A stretch of 64,000 bases of DNA from an uncultured Clostridia bacterium (GCA_963558405.1 CAUWGC010000006.1:1-64000); one strand, 5' to 3'. Shown: positions 1 through 10,199, counted from the stretch's first letter. The notes: generated from the letters alone by a model not told the origin. Numbers and translations: made by a program.

Positions 1-81
1 ATGGGGATTCATAAAAATATAAAAAAATTTATCTTATCTCCTCGGCCCACCACTACCCCGTATCAGGCACTAAAAAAGCAC

Positions 82-118
82 AAAAAAGACAGACTATTTT
101 TTTACATAGTCCATCTTT
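82..118 (-). terminator. Intrinsic terminator-like hairpin downstream of a GA-repeat leader ORF
   Basis: Minus strand AAAGATGGACTAT-loop-ATAGTCTGTCTTT followed by a U tract. Confidence 0.55.
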
Positions 119-179
119 ATACCTCAAACAAGCACAATTGTCCTGTGCTTCTATTTTTATTCCATTTATTAAACTATTG

Positions 180-197
180 CTCTCTCTCTCTCTCTCT
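180..197. repeat. (CT)9/(AG)9 simple sequence repeat inside a short leader ORF
   Basis: Visible directly; lies just after AGGAGG-N8-GTG (start 207) on the minus strand. Confidence 0.85.
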
Positions 198-272
198 TTA
201 CAACCACAATGGCTTCCTCCTTTGTTGTTTGTTACTTCATTTTTATTTTCTATTTATTTGCTTTCTACGCCA

Positions 273-302
273 ATTTTAACATACCTTATTTTATTTTGTC
301 AA
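273..302 (-). promoter_or_regulatory. SigA-type promoter pointing leftward
   Basis: TTGACA-N18-TAAAAT with TGn extended -10 on the minus strand. Confidence 0.55.
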
Positions 303-721
303 CGTATTAAAGAGCGATTGCAAGATTATGTTGTATTTGTATTGCAAAAAAGTGTACTTATTAAATACATTTAATTATAAAAAATTAGATTTAAGTCAAA
401 ATTTAAACTTAAATCTAATTTTTCTATGGAACTTTTTTACAGTCCCTATTATATGTTTTAGGGTAATCATCTATTTTTTAGACTTTTATGGGGTTTTATT
501 TTAAAAAATATCCTATAGGCATTCCTCCTTTTTATTTTTATTTTCTATGTTGATATTTTTATTTTCTGCTATTTAAGTTATTTTAAATCTATCTATATCA
601 CTCTCCTCTCTTAAGATGTATTTATTTTACCTATAAATTATGTTCTTCTTGTGAATAGATTTAGTATTTTTGGTAAAGAAATTATTTATATTTTATTAAT
701 TTTAGAATTCCAAAATTCTAT

Positions 722-750
722 TTGACAAATCCGTTTAATCTATGTATAAT
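722..750 (+). promoter_or_regulatory. Consensus SigA promoter, copy 1
   Basis: TTGACA (722-727)-N17-TATAAT (745-750). Confidence 0.8.
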
Positions 751-754
751 AATG

Positions 755-845
755 ATAGGAAATGAAAGCCACAGAAATGTGTGCTACCACATATAAATGT
801 GTTTAACACCACATAGCTCGACAAAGCGTAATGTGGTGCTTTTTT
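755..845 (+). ncRNA. Putative ~90 nt sRNA (antitoxin-like, orphan copy)
   Basis: Perfect promoter upstream, ends in CACCACAT...ATGTGGTG hairpin plus U tract, no convincing ORF, paralogous to 881-969. Confidence 0.55.
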
Positions 846-847
846 AT

Positions 848-876
848 TTGACAAATCCATTTAATCTGTGTATAAT
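848..876 (+). promoter_or_regulatory. Consensus SigA promoter, copy 2
   Basis: TTGACA (848-853)-N17-TATAAT (871-876), near-identical to copy 1. Confidence 0.8.
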
Positions 877-880
877 AATA

Positions 881-969
881 ATAGGAAATGGAGAAACCAC
901 AAACGTGGTTCGCCAGTAATATGTATTTAAAAAACACACCTAACTGGGCAAGTTACAGATGTGTTTTTT
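881..969 (+). ncRNA. Putative type I antitoxin sRNA convergent with a small hydrophobic ORF
   Basis: Promoter upstream; shares bidirectional terminator 929-969 with the toxin-like mRNA; its AAACCACA is complementary to TGTGGTTT in the toxin leader. Confidence 0.6.
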
Positions 970-975
970 ATTGGT

Positions 976-1095
976 TTATTCGCTTTTGCTCAAAATTACT
1001 GCTAATGCTATAATTAAGGCAAACGTAATGATAGTTACTGATATTAAACCAGCAAAAAGTAATTTTATTATTAGTAATAATACTTGTTCTACCAT
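976..1095 (-). CDS. 39 aa single-TM hydrophobic peptide, putative type I toxin
   Basis: MVEQVLLLIIKLLFAGLISVTIITFALIIALAVILSKSE; AGGAGGTGA SD inside a CCTCC/GGAGG hairpin; promoter TTGATT-N17-TATAGT at 1157-1185. Confidence 0.65.
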   Translation of the reverse strand: MVEQVLLLIIKLLFAGLISVTIITFALIIALAVILSKSE

Positions 1096-1274
1096 ACGCC
1101 TCACCTCCTTGTTGGAGGCAAACCACATCTGCTTATTCTCATTTCCTATGTTTAATACTATACAACATTTGTTTGTAAAAATCAAGCGAACATAAAAAAC
1201 TTCCAAGATTTATTAATTAACATTTAAAAATATTAACCAATAAATCTTGGAAGTTTATTGTTATATAAAATATC

Positions 1275-2093
1275 TTACGCAGTCTTTAATTCAAGTCTTA
1301 ATTTATCTGCAATCATTGCTATAAATTCACTATTTGTTGGCTTGCCTTTTGCTGCAGATACAGTATATCCAAATATATTTTCTACTTCGTCATTTTTTCC
1401 TCTTGACCAAGCAACTTCTATTGCGTGACGTATTGCACGTTCTACTCTACTTGGTGTTGTTTTAAATTTATCTGCTATATCTGGATACAATTGTTTTGTT
1501 ATTTGATTAATTATATCTATATCATTTACGACCATCATAATAGCTTCTCTTAAATATTGATATCCTTTTATATGAGCTGGAACTCCAACTTCATGTATTA
1601 TATTAGTAACTAAAGCTTCTAAATTATCTTCTGTCTTTTTATTTTCTGAAGAAATTTCTATGTATGGGGCTTTTATTTCTCTTGACACAAAATTACTTTT
1701 ATTTTGGACTGGCTGATAATATTTTATTTCTTTTATCCTTTGTATTAGTAACTCTATATCAAAAGGTTTTACCACATAATATTCTGCTCCTAATGATATT
1801 GCCCTTTGAGTTATTTTATCCTGACCAACAGCAGATAGCATAATGCATATTGGTTTTTTATTCATTGATATTCTATTTATTTTTTCTATTACTCCTAATC
1901 CATCTAAATGTGGCATAATTACGTCTAGTAAAACCACATCTGGTTGTGTGTTGATTATCATATTGTAAGCTTCTTCACCATCTTTTGCCATTCCAATTAC
2001 TTCTAAATCTTCTTCTTTCTCTAAATATCCACTTAAATTTGATGCAAAATCTAAATTATCATCTGCAATAAAAACTGTAATTTTTTCTTTCAC
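1275..2093 (-). CDS. spo0A: Sporulation master regulator Spo0A
   Basis: Receiver domain plus C-terminal [28 protein letters not shown] and KPTNSEFIA motifs. Confidence 0.98.
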   Translation of the reverse strand: MKEKITVFIADDNLDFASNLSGYLEKEEDLEVIGMAKDGEEAYNMIINTQPDVVLLDVIMPHLDGLGVIEKINRISMNKKPICIMLSAVGQDKITQRAISLGAEYYVVKPFDIELLIQRIKEIKYYQPVQNKSNFVSREIKAPYIEISSENKKTEDNLEALVTNIIHEVGVPAHIKGYQYLREAIMMVVNDIDIINQITKQLYPDIADKFKTTPSRVERAIRHAIEVAWSRGKNDEVENIFGYTVSAAKGKPTNSEFIAMIADKLRLELKTA

Positions 2094-2211
2094 TTTTAAA
2101 TTCCCCCTACTTTTGTTTTTTGTTAATTTTTTACAGTTGCATTATATTACCTTTTTATTAATTTTGCAATACTTTTTAAAGAAATTTCTATTTTTTTCCA
2201 TTTTTTATTAT

Positions 2212-2853
2212 TTATTTTTTGCTCTTACGCAAAGTTTTTTCTCCTAATATCTCACAATTTAATATACCTAGAGGATTCTTTTCTAAATTTGTAAAAATAC
2301 TTATTTTGTCCTTGTCTTTAACTGCAACTATGCAAAATACATTTTCCCTATATTCTACATTTTCTATTTCTATTTCACTTTTTTTACAATAATATTGTAA
2401 TTTTTCAAGTAAACGATATTCTATTTCTATTTTTAATCTTATTCCTTTTATTTCTTCTACTAATTTTACTTTTTCCAAAGCTTTTATAGCAGAAGTTGAA
2501 TATGCTCTAACAAGTCCACCTGTACCTAACAAAATACCTCCAAAATATCTAGTTACTATAACTAATACATTACACAAATTATTTTTATTTAATATTGTAA
2601 GTAATGGCATTCCTGCTGTACCAGATGGTTCTCCATCATCGCTTGCTCTTTCTATTATATTATTTCCCTCTAAAATACGATATGCAAAACAATGGTGTTT
2701 TGCATCTCTATGTATTTTATTTATATATTGAATTTTTTCTTCTATTTCTTGCATATTTGTGACATAGAAAATATTTGCTATAAATTTAGAACGTTTTTCT
2801 ACAATTGATTCTTCTACATCATTTTCTATTGTTTTATATTCTATCATATTCAT
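2212..2853 (-). CDS. yigZ: YigZ/IMPACT family protein
   Basis: SDDGEPSGTAG and VTRYFGGILLGTGGLVRAY motifs. Confidence 0.93.
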   Translation of the reverse strand: MNMIEYKTIENDVEESIVEKRSKFIANIFYVTNMQEIEEKIQYINKIHRDAKHHCFAYRILEGNNIIERASDDGEPSGTAGMPLLTILNKNNLCNVLVIVTRYFGGILLGTGGLVRAYSTSAIKALEKVKLVEEIKGIRLKIEIEYRLLEKLQYYCKKSEIEIENVEYRENVFCIVAVKDKDKISIFTNLEKNPLGILNCEILGEKTLRKSKK

Positions 2854-2857
2854 TTTA

Positions 2858-4105
2858 TTATCCTATTTCACCTGCTACATATCCTGTAGAATATGCTATC
2901 TGCAAATTAAAACCTCCAGTATAGCTATCTACATCTATTATTTCTCCTGCAAAATACAAATTTTTAATTAATTTTGATTCCATTGTTTTTGGATTTATTT
3001 CTTTAATATTAATTCCACCTGCAGTAATAATAGCTTCTTCTATTGGTCTAAATCCCGAAATTGTTAATGTAAACATTTTTAAGCTTTTTATTAAGTTTTG
3101 TCTTTCTTGTTTTGTAATACTATTTATTATTTTTTCTTTTGATATTTGTGATTTTTTTATAATAACATCAATCATTTTATTTGGTAATAATTCATCTAAA
3201 GCATTTTTAAATTGTTTATTTTTATATTTTTCAAAATCTCTTAAAATTCTTGAATCTAATTTTTCTGTGGTTAATGCTGGTTTTAAATCAATCACAAGTT
3301 TAATTTTTCCTTGTTTTATTTTTTGTTCTACATTTTTATAACGTAATAAATGTGCAGATGAACTTAATATTGTTGGTCCAGATACACCAAAATGAGTAAA
3401 AAGCATTTCGCCAAAATCTTCATATATTAATTTTTGATTTTCTTCATCAATAATTTTTATTTTTATATTTTTTAGGCTTAATCCTTGCATTTCTTTACAC
3501 AAGTGATTTTCTTTTATTTCTATTGGTACCAAAGATGGTAAAATATTTTTTATAGTATGTCCTACTTTTTTTGCAATTTCGTAACCATCTCCTGTTGAAC
3601 CAGTTAGTGGATAACTTTTTCCTCCTGTTGCAAGAATAACCGCTTCTGCATCTACTATTTTTCCGTTAACTTTTATGCCTGCTATCTTATTATCATTTAC
3701 TATTATTTCTTCTACTTTACTTTCAAAATTTACAGGAATTTTTAATTCATTTAACCTTTTTTTAAAACAATTTAATACATCTTGTGATTTATCTGTTACT
3801 GGAAAAATTCTATTTCCTCTTTCCTCTTTTACTTCTAATCCTTCTCTTTTTAAAAAATTAACAATATCTTCGTTTGTAAATTTTTTAAAAACACTGTATA
3901 AAAACTGTCCATTTCCAGGTGTATTTTGAATAAATTCTTCTATTGGTAAAGAACTTGTTATATTACATCTTCCTTTTCCAGTAATTAATAGTTTTTTTCC
4001 TAACATATTCATTTTTTCATAAATTGTAACATCATGTCCTAATTCTTTTGCATGTATTGCTGACATCATTCCAGCAGGTCCTCCACCAATTACACAAACT
4101 TTCAT
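2858..4105 (-). CDS. HI0933/YhiN family FAD-dependent oxidoreductase
   Basis: GGGPAG, GKKLLITGKGRCNITS, LYFAGE and TGGFNLQ motifs. Confidence 0.92.
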   Translation of the reverse strand: MKVCVIGGGPAGMMSAIHAKELGHDVTIYEKMNMLGKKLLITGKGRCNITSSLPIEEFIQNTPGNGQFLYSVFKKFTNEDIVNFLKREGLEVKEERGNRIFPVTDKSQDVLNCFKKRLNELKIPVNFESKVEEIIVNDNKIAGIKVNGKIVDAEAVILATGGKSYPLTGSTGDGYEIAKKVGHTIKNILPSLVPIEIKENHLCKEMQGLSLKNIKIKIIDEENQKLIYEDFGEMLFTHFGVSGPTILSSSAHLLRYKNVEQKIKQGKIKLVIDLKPALTTEKLDSRILRDFEKYKNKQFKNALDELLPNKMIDVIIKKSQISKEKIINSITKQERQNLIKSLKMFTLTISGFRPIEEAIITAGGINIKEINPKTMESKLIKNLYFAGEIIDVDSYTGGFNLQIAYSTGYVAGEIG

Positions 4106-4108
4106 ACT

Positions 4109-5359
4109 TTACTCCTTTAGCATATTTTGAATTGCTTTTAAAACACCTAATTTTCCATATTGGTATGTAAGTCCTCCTTGTAAATATGCAACATAAGGTG
4201 GTCTTATTGGTGCATCACAGCTTAGTTCTATAGATGAACCTTGTGTAAATGCTCCTGCAGCCATAATTACTTTATCTGTATAGCCTGGCATTTCCCATGG
4301 TTCTGGAATAGAATCAGAATCAATTGGTGAACCCATTTGTATTCCTTGGCAAAAACGTATTAATTCTTTATCTTTTCCAAATGATATTGTTTGTACAATA
4401 TCTGCTCTTTCCTCTTTATAATTAGGTTCTACACTATATCCTAATTTTTCTAAAAATCTACTTGCAAATACTGCTGTTTTTAAACTACTTGCTACCACTG
4501 AAGGTGCAAAATAAATTCCTTGCAAAAATTGTTTATTAATTCCAAGTGTTGGACCTACTTCTTTACCTAAACCTGGTGCAGTTAATCTTTCTGCTGCTAA
4601 TTCTACTAATTCTTTTTTTCCAGCTATATATCCACCATTTGGAGCTATTCCTCCACCTAAATTTTTTATTAATGAACCAACTATAATATCTGCACCTTTT
4701 TGAGTAGGCTCTTCTTTTCCTACAAATTCACAATAACAATTATCAATCATTATAATTGCATCTTTGTTTACTTCTTTTATTTCTTTAATTATACTTTCTA
4801 CTTGTTCCAGAGAAATACTTTTTCTAGTAGAATATCCTTTTGATCTTTGTATTGTTACTAATTTAACATTTCCTTTTTGTAATCTATCTTTTATTTTTTT
4901 TGTATCAAATTTGTTATCTATTAAATCTATTTGTTCATATTTAACTCCATATGATTTTAGTGAGCTAGCATTTTCCTCAATACCAATTACTTTGTCTAAA
5001 GTATCATATGGTTTTCCACTAATGCTTAATAAAGTATCTCCTGGTCTTAAAAAAGCAAACAAAGCAACTGTTAAGGCATGTGTTCCTGATATTATTTGAC
5101 TTCTAACCAAGCTATCTTCTGCTCCTAAAACTTCAGCAAAAACCTTTTCAATTGTATCTCTTCCTATGTCCCCATATCCATAACCTGTAGTACTTCCAAA
5201 ATGAATATCTGAAATACGATTTTTTTGAAAAGCTTTTAATACTTTTAATGTATTATATTCTTCTATTTCATTTATTTTTTCAAAAACACTTTGACACTCA
5301 TTTTCTACTTCTTTTGCCATTTTTAAAACTTTATCTTCTATTCCATATTCTTTCCACAT
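4109..5359 (-). CDS. Methionine gamma-lyase family / aluminium resistance protein (YnbB-like)
   Basis: TTGYGYGDIGRD, SGTHAL, DNCYCEF and GSLIKNLGGG motifs. Confidence 0.9.
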   Translation of the reverse strand: MWKEYGIEDKVLKMAKEVENECQSVFEKINEIEEYNTLKVLKAFQKNRISDIHFGSTTGYGYGDIGRDTIEKVFAEVLGAEDSLVRSQIISGTHALTVALFAFLRPGDTLLSISGKPYDTLDKVIGIEENASSLKSYGVKYEQIDLIDNKFDTKKIKDRLQKGNVKLVTIQRSKGYSTRKSISLEQVESIIKEIKEVNKDAIIMIDNCYCEFVGKEEPTQKGADIIVGSLIKNLGGGIAPNGGYIAGKKELVELAAERLTAPGLGKEVGPTLGINKQFLQGIYFAPSVVASSLKTAVFASRFLEKLGYSVEPNYKEERADIVQTISFGKDKELIRFCQGIQMGSPIDSDSIPEPWEMPGYTDKVIMAAGAFTQGSSIELSCDAPIRPPYVAYLQGGLTYQYGKLGVLKAIQNMLKE

Positions 5360-5361
5360 AA

Positions 5362-7134
5362 TTATTCCTCTATTTCTTCTATATTGTTAGTATAATATAC
5401 ATCACCATAATTACTATTTACTTTATAGTATGTTCCTATAAAATCTGGTGCAATATCATCTAATACATAAATTGGTTCTAATATAATCTTTCCTTCTTTA
5501 TTTATAACTCCCCATTTTCCATCCTTTTTTATTCCTGCAAATCCTGATTGATTAAGTTCTGTTGCAAATTCATATTGATAATCTAGAGCTATATTTCCAT
5601 TTTTATCAACAAAACCATATTTTCCATCTTTCTTTGCTGTATATAAATTGTTTTCTGGATAAACTTCTTTGTTAGTTAATAATTTTCCTTCTGTATTTAT
5701 ATAGAACATATCTAAGTTACTATATACTTTTATCATTTTTTCTTCCACCTGTATAACAGGTTCTTTTGTTTCTAATATTCTTTCAAAGTTATTGTTGTAA
5801 AAATAAGTATTTTCTCCATTTACAACTTGTATAATTTGAGTATTATTTATTTTTTGTATTGAATCATAGTTTATCTCAATAGTACTTTTTCCTTCTTTAT
5901 TTATAATTCCATATTTTCCGTTTTGATTACAAACTGCAAAATTATCATTTTCTAGATAGCTAATATATGTATAACTGTTTGGGATTATTTGATTATTGTT
6001 TTTATCTATAACTCCATATAAAAAATTACTATCAGATACAATAAAGTAATTTTCGTTTAGTGTTGGTATCATGGTTGTCCAATTATTATTTGGAATTTTT
6101 TCTCCATCTGGTTTATAAATTTCATATTCTCCTGCTTCATCTTTTTTTGCAGTAATATAAATTCCTGAAAATTGAATGTCTGAATAAGAATTATCTAATA
6201 TAGTTTTTCCTTTTTGATTTATAACTCCCATTTTGCTTCCTTTTGTAACCACAAAAAGTTTGTTCAAAGAATTGTATTCAATATCTTGATAATCGTAATT
6301 AATTATTTCTTTTCCATTTTTTAAAGCACCATATCTTCCATCTTTCATTGCAATTAAATAAGCATTTTTGTCATCATCTATATCAACAATTCTATAGATA
6401 TCATTATATTCTGTTTTTAATATTTCTTTTCCTTTTGCATTATAATAACCATATCTATAACCTTCTTCTGTTTTTACACCAGCTATATAACCAGATTTCA
6501 AATATTCATTTTTCTTACTATAATAATTATCAGAATTTATAATGTCATATTTTATTGGTAAAATAGTATAACCTTTATTATTAATTACACCACATTTTTC
6601 GTTTTGACTAACTAATAAATTTCCTTCTTTATATGGCATACTTTCTACTGAATCATAAATAGCATCTGTTATTTTTTTACCTTCTAATGAGGCTATCCCC
6701 CATTTGCCATTTTCTTGGTATTGTACAATATTTTTTTCATAAGGAAATTTATCAGCTACTCCTTTTATTAAAATTGGTTCTACATTTGGTATTTCAGTCA
6801 ATATTTCTTCTTGTTTTTCATTTAATACTTTTGTTTTATAATTTCCTTCTTCATCATAATCATAATAGCAAATAAAGAAAGGTATCTCTGGGTTTGGAAT
6901 TTTTATACTTTCATGTTGTATTGGAATTATAATATTTCCATCTTTATTTATAACTCCCATTTTTTCTCCTTCTTCTACAACATAATAATTTACTTCTTTT
7001 ATTTCAAGAACTTTATAACTTAAATTATATTCCTTTATACCAAATACAATAGCTATTGTAATAGCTATAATACTAATTATAATAATTCCAATTTTTAGTC
7101 CATTTTTTTTCATAAATTCCACTATTTTTCCCAA
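5362..7134 (-). CDS. WG (KWG) repeat-containing membrane-anchored protein
   Basis: N-terminal TM and repeated GK(W/Y)G(V/F)I(N/D)xxG units. Confidence 0.85.
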   Translation of the reverse strand: MGKIVEFMKKNGLKIGIIIISIIAITIAIVFGIKEYNLSYKVLEIKEVNYYVVEEGEKMGVINKDGNIIIPIQHESIKIPNPEIPFFICYYDYDEEGNYKTKVLNEKQEEILTEIPNVEPILIKGVADKFPYEKNIVQYQENGKWGIASLEGKKITDAIYDSVESMPYKEGNLLVSQNEKCGVINNKGYTILPIKYDIINSDNYYSKKNEYLKSGYIAGVKTEEGYRYGYYNAKGKEILKTEYNDIYRIVDIDDDKNAYLIAMKDGRYGALKNGKEIINYDYQDIEYNSLNKLFVVTKGSKMGVINQKGKTILDNSYSDIQFSGIYITAKKDEAGEYEIYKPDGEKIPNNNWTTMIPTLNENYFIVSDSNFLYGVIDKNNNQIIPNSYTYISYLENDNFAVCNQNGKYGIINKEGKSTIEINYDSIQKINNTQIIQVVNGENTYFYNNNFERILETKEPVIQVEEKMIKVYSNLDMFYINTEGKLLTNKEVYPENNLYTAKKDGKYGFVDKNGNIALDYQYEFATELNQSGFAGIKKDGKWGVINKEGKIILEPIYVLDDIAPDFIGTYYKVNSNYGDVYYTNNIEEIEE

Positions 7135-7145
7135 CCTTTCTTATT

Positions 7146-8450
7146 TTATTTTTCTTCTTTTGGATTGTTTTTACAAGCTTTTACCCACAAAATTCTTTTA
7201 TCTTTATATTTTTCAATTTTATAAGTAACTTCTTCTGTTTCAATTACTGGTTTTTCCTCATCTTGTGGAATACGATCTAATAAATCTATTAGATATCCTG
7301 ATAAAGTATCATAGTCTCCTTCTGGTATTTCTATTTGTAATATTTTTTTAAGTTCGTACATAGATACTCCACCGCTAATGTAGTACGTATTCTCGTCTAT
7401 TTTTTCATATTCTTTTTCTTCTTCATCATACTCGTCAAATATATTTCCAACTAATTCTTCTAAAATATCCTCCATCGTCACTAAACCAGCTGTACCACCA
7501 TACTCATCAAGAACAATTGCCATTTGTATTTTATTTTTTTGTAATTCTCTAAAAAGTTCATCTATCTTTTTAGTTTCTGGTACAAAATATGCTTCTCTAA
7601 TTAATTCTCTAACAGCTATGTTTTTATTTTGTTCTACATATTTTAGCATATCCTTAATATATAAAAGTCCAATAATTTCATCAATACTTTCTTTGTAGAC
7701 TGGTATTCTACTATATTTGTAATCATCTAACTTTTCTATTATATCCATAACTTTAGAATCCGCTTCTATTGCAAAAATCTCTGTTCTATGTGTCATTATT
7801 TCCGAAGAAGTAATGTCATTAAATTCAAAAATATTATTAATCATCTCTTTTTCTTCTTTAGCAATTGTTCCTTTTTCTTGTCCAACATCAACCATCATTT
7901 TTATTTCTTCTTCACTAACTGTTTCTTCTTCATTTTCGTTTACTCCAAACATCTTAGAAATAATATTAGTAGAAAAAGTTAATAACTTTACAAAAGGAGC
8001 TGTTATAATAGAAATAAATTTTATTACATTAATTGTTCCAAAAGCTATTTTTTCATAATGTTTCATTGCAATCCTTTTTGGAACAAGTTCTCCAAATACT
8101 AAAGTAAAAAAAGAAAGAATAATTGTAATTATTACTATAGAAATACCTTCCCATATATTTATATTAATAATAGGAACCGCATTATATAAAATTGGAGCTA
8201 ATTTTTCTGCAAAAGCGTCAGATGCAAAAGCACTTGATAAAAATCCTGCAAATGTAATTCCTATTTGAATAGTTGCTAAAAATGTACTTGGATTTTTTAA
8301 CATTTTAGAAATCTGCTTTGCTTTTTTATTTCCTTCTTTATCCATTTTTGCTATCTTAGCATCATTTAAAGAAATAAAAGCAATTTCAGTTGCAGCAAAA
8401 TATGCATTTAGTAAAATTAAAAATATTAAGATAACTGTTTGCGAAAGCAT
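7146..8450 (-). CDS. Hemolysin-family CNNM/CBS/CorC transporter-associated protein
   Basis: N-terminal TMs with FGELVPK, CBS pair (YSRIPVY, DEYGGTAGLVTMEDILEELVG) and CorC-like tail. Confidence 0.92.
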   Translation of the reverse strand: MLSQTVILIFLILLNAYFAATEIAFISLNDAKIAKMDKEGNKKAKQISKMLKNPSTFLATIQIGITFAGFLSSAFASDAFAEKLAPILYNAVPIININIWEGISIVIITIILSFFTLVFGELVPKRIAMKHYEKIAFGTINVIKFISIITAPFVKLLTFSTNIISKMFGVNENEEETVSEEEIKMMVDVGQEKGTIAKEEKEMINNIFEFNDITSSEIMTHRTEIFAIEADSKVMDIIEKLDDYKYSRIPVYKESIDEIIGLLYIKDMLKYVEQNKNIAVRELIREAYFVPETKKIDELFRELQKNKIQMAIVLDEYGGTAGLVTMEDILEELVGNIFDEYDEEEKEYEKIDENTYYISGGVSMYELKKILQIEIPEGDYDTLSGYLIDLLDRIPQDEEKPVIETEEVTYKIEKYKDKRILWVKACKNNPKEEK

Positions 8451-8582
8451 AAAATAAATTCTTCCTTTCTTATATACATTTTCTTTTGTATAAGATACCT
8501 ATTTAAAACTGTAATTATTATATATTTTTTAGGTACTTATGTCAATGAAATATACTAAGAATAGGAAGAATATATTGTATTT

Positions 8583-10172
8583 TTACATTCCTGTTTTAGG
8601 TAGTTTTCCTGTAAAATTTGTACTATTATTATTTAAAATATTAGTATTTTGATTGTTATTGTTAATATTAACATTTTGATTGTTATTATTTACATTTGTA
8701 TTATTATTTGTATTATTCAAATTTGCATTATTATTGTTATTATTTATATTTTGATTTTGGTTATTATTGTTTACATTTTGATTTTGATTGTTATTATTTA
8801 CATTTGAATTGCTACTATTGTTATTTATATTTGTAGAAGAATTATTATTTGAAATATTTATCTCTTGGTCATTGTTAAAAATATTTGTATTATCATTTTT
8901 ATTACTTATTGTTATTTTTTCAGATGAATCACCCATGTTAATATTGGCATTATTTTCCTCAATTATAGTTTCTTTTTCTTTATAATTGTATACTGAAATT
9001 TTTAAATCTTGATTATATTCTAAGGTAAAATTTCTTAGACCTTTTAGTGGTGTATATCCTTCTTTAGTTGCAATTTCTTGTAAGTAATAATTTCCTGGTA
9101 CTAGTTCATCTACTATTGCATTTCCTTCTTTATCAGTAATAATATTTGATCTTACTATTTTTTTGTTTTCATCTAATATTTGAAAAATTACTCCTTCAAG
9201 TGGTTTATTATTTTCTCCATCTATTTTCTTTATTGTAATTTTTGTTGTATTACTTGGTGTGTTAATTGTTTTTGTACCTTCACCTAATTCGTAAAATCCT
9301 GCTGCCAATGCATAGTCTTGCCAATTACTATGTGGAGCTTTTCCATATAAAACAGGTTTTGTCATTAAATTTCCTGTTACCTTTACTGTAAAACTGCCTG
9401 CCTTTGTTGTATTTATAGGAATTAATATTTTAAAATTTTCTCCTTTGTCAAAGTCCTTTTTTATATTATTATTTTTATCTGTTATAAGAGTTCCTTTAGG
9501 ATAATTTCCTTCTATTGTAACTGTATATTTTCCGTTTGTTGCAACAGATGAAATTTTATATTCTTTTGAAATAAAATTTTTATTAATATTATCTACTTTA
9601 AATTGTCCATTAACCTCATTTATAGTAATTTGTGAAGAACCTGGAACTTCAGAAGAACTTTTAGCAGCACCTACAATCTTTTTTAAGGCATTTAATGTTC
9701 TTCTTCCTGCTTCTCCAACTGCTTCATATCCAGCAAAATTATTAGCATCATTACCATATAACATACAATATACCGCTTGTTTAGTGGCTGTAAAAGCTTC
9801 TGCTACATTACTACATCCAAGTTCTTGAGGTGTTTTATATGGATATCCATTAATAATTGCTCTCCATACCATAGTATTAGAAATAGCACTATCTACTGAT
9901 ACAGTATAAGGTCCATTTTCCATTACTCCTGGCAAGTAACTTTGAACACAATATGCTGGATATTCCGAACCATTATTTTTATAAAATACCATTGTACTAT
10001 ATAACAATTGTCCATTATATTTTAATAAATCACCTGCATCTCCTTTTGAATATAAATCCGCATGATCTATTGAAAAAACAGCTTGTACACTACCTGCACA
10101 AAATAAAGAAATAAAATTTATTGCAATTATCATTAGTATTAACATTTTAATTAGTTTATTTGTCTTTTTCAT
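8583..10172 (-). CDS. Secreted Cys-Gln thioester-domain protein with SpaA/Cna-B domain, Asn-rich repeats and terminal LPKTG
   Basis: Signal peptide, YPAYCVQ and TKQAVY motifs, KKIDGE..LEGVIF..GNYYLQEI Cna-B pattern, ends LPKTGM-stop. Confidence 0.78.
   Translation of the reverse strand: MKKTNKLIKMLILMIIAINFISLFCAGSVQAVFSIDHADLYSKGDAGDLLKYNGQLLYSTMVFYKNNGSEYPAYCVQSYLPGVMENGPYTVSVDSAISNTMVWRAIINGYPYKTPQELGCSNVAEAFTATKQAVYCMLYGNDANNFAGYEAVGEAGRRTLNALKKIVGAAKSSSEVPGSSQITINEVNGQFKVDNINKNFISKEYKISSVATNGKYTVTIEGNYPKGTLITDKNNNIKKDFDKGENFKILIPINTTKAGSFTVKVTGNLMTKPVLYGKAPHSNWQDYALAAGFYELGEGTKTINTPSNTTKITIKKIDGENNKPLEGVIFQILDENKKIVRSNIITDKEGNAIVDELVPGNYYLQEIATKEGYTPLKGLRNFTLEYNQDLKISVYNYKEKETIIEENNANINMGDSSEKITISNKNDNTNIFNNDQEINISNNNSSTNINNNSSNSNVNNNNQNQNVNNNNQNQNINNNNNNANLNNTNNNTNVNNNNQNVNINNNNQNTNILNNNSTNFTGKLPKTGM
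8613..8910 (-). repeat. About 11 degenerate 27-bp (9 aa) Asn-rich coding repeats
   Basis: NNNNQNQNV, NNNNQNQNI, NNNNNNANL, NNTNNNTNV, NNNNQNVNI and similar units. Confidence 0.8.
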
Positions 10173-10199
10173 TTTTTTCCTTCTTTCTTATAAATTAAT

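Noticed and set aside
1-374. ORF-track calls 1..279 and 138..374 on the + strand
   Set aside because: No SD and low-complexity composition; the promoter, SD and terminator signals here are on the minus strand
420-660. Two SD-like motifs on the minus strand
   Set aside because: No ORF of credible length follows them; at most degraded remnants
722-969. Direct repeats as a possible mini CRISPR array
   Set aside because: Only two units, the repeated part is a promoter, and no cas genes are in the window
976-1206. 76 aa ORF as called by the track
   Set aside because: Its 5' half overlaps the promoter and leader; the strong SD points to ATG 1095 (39 aa)
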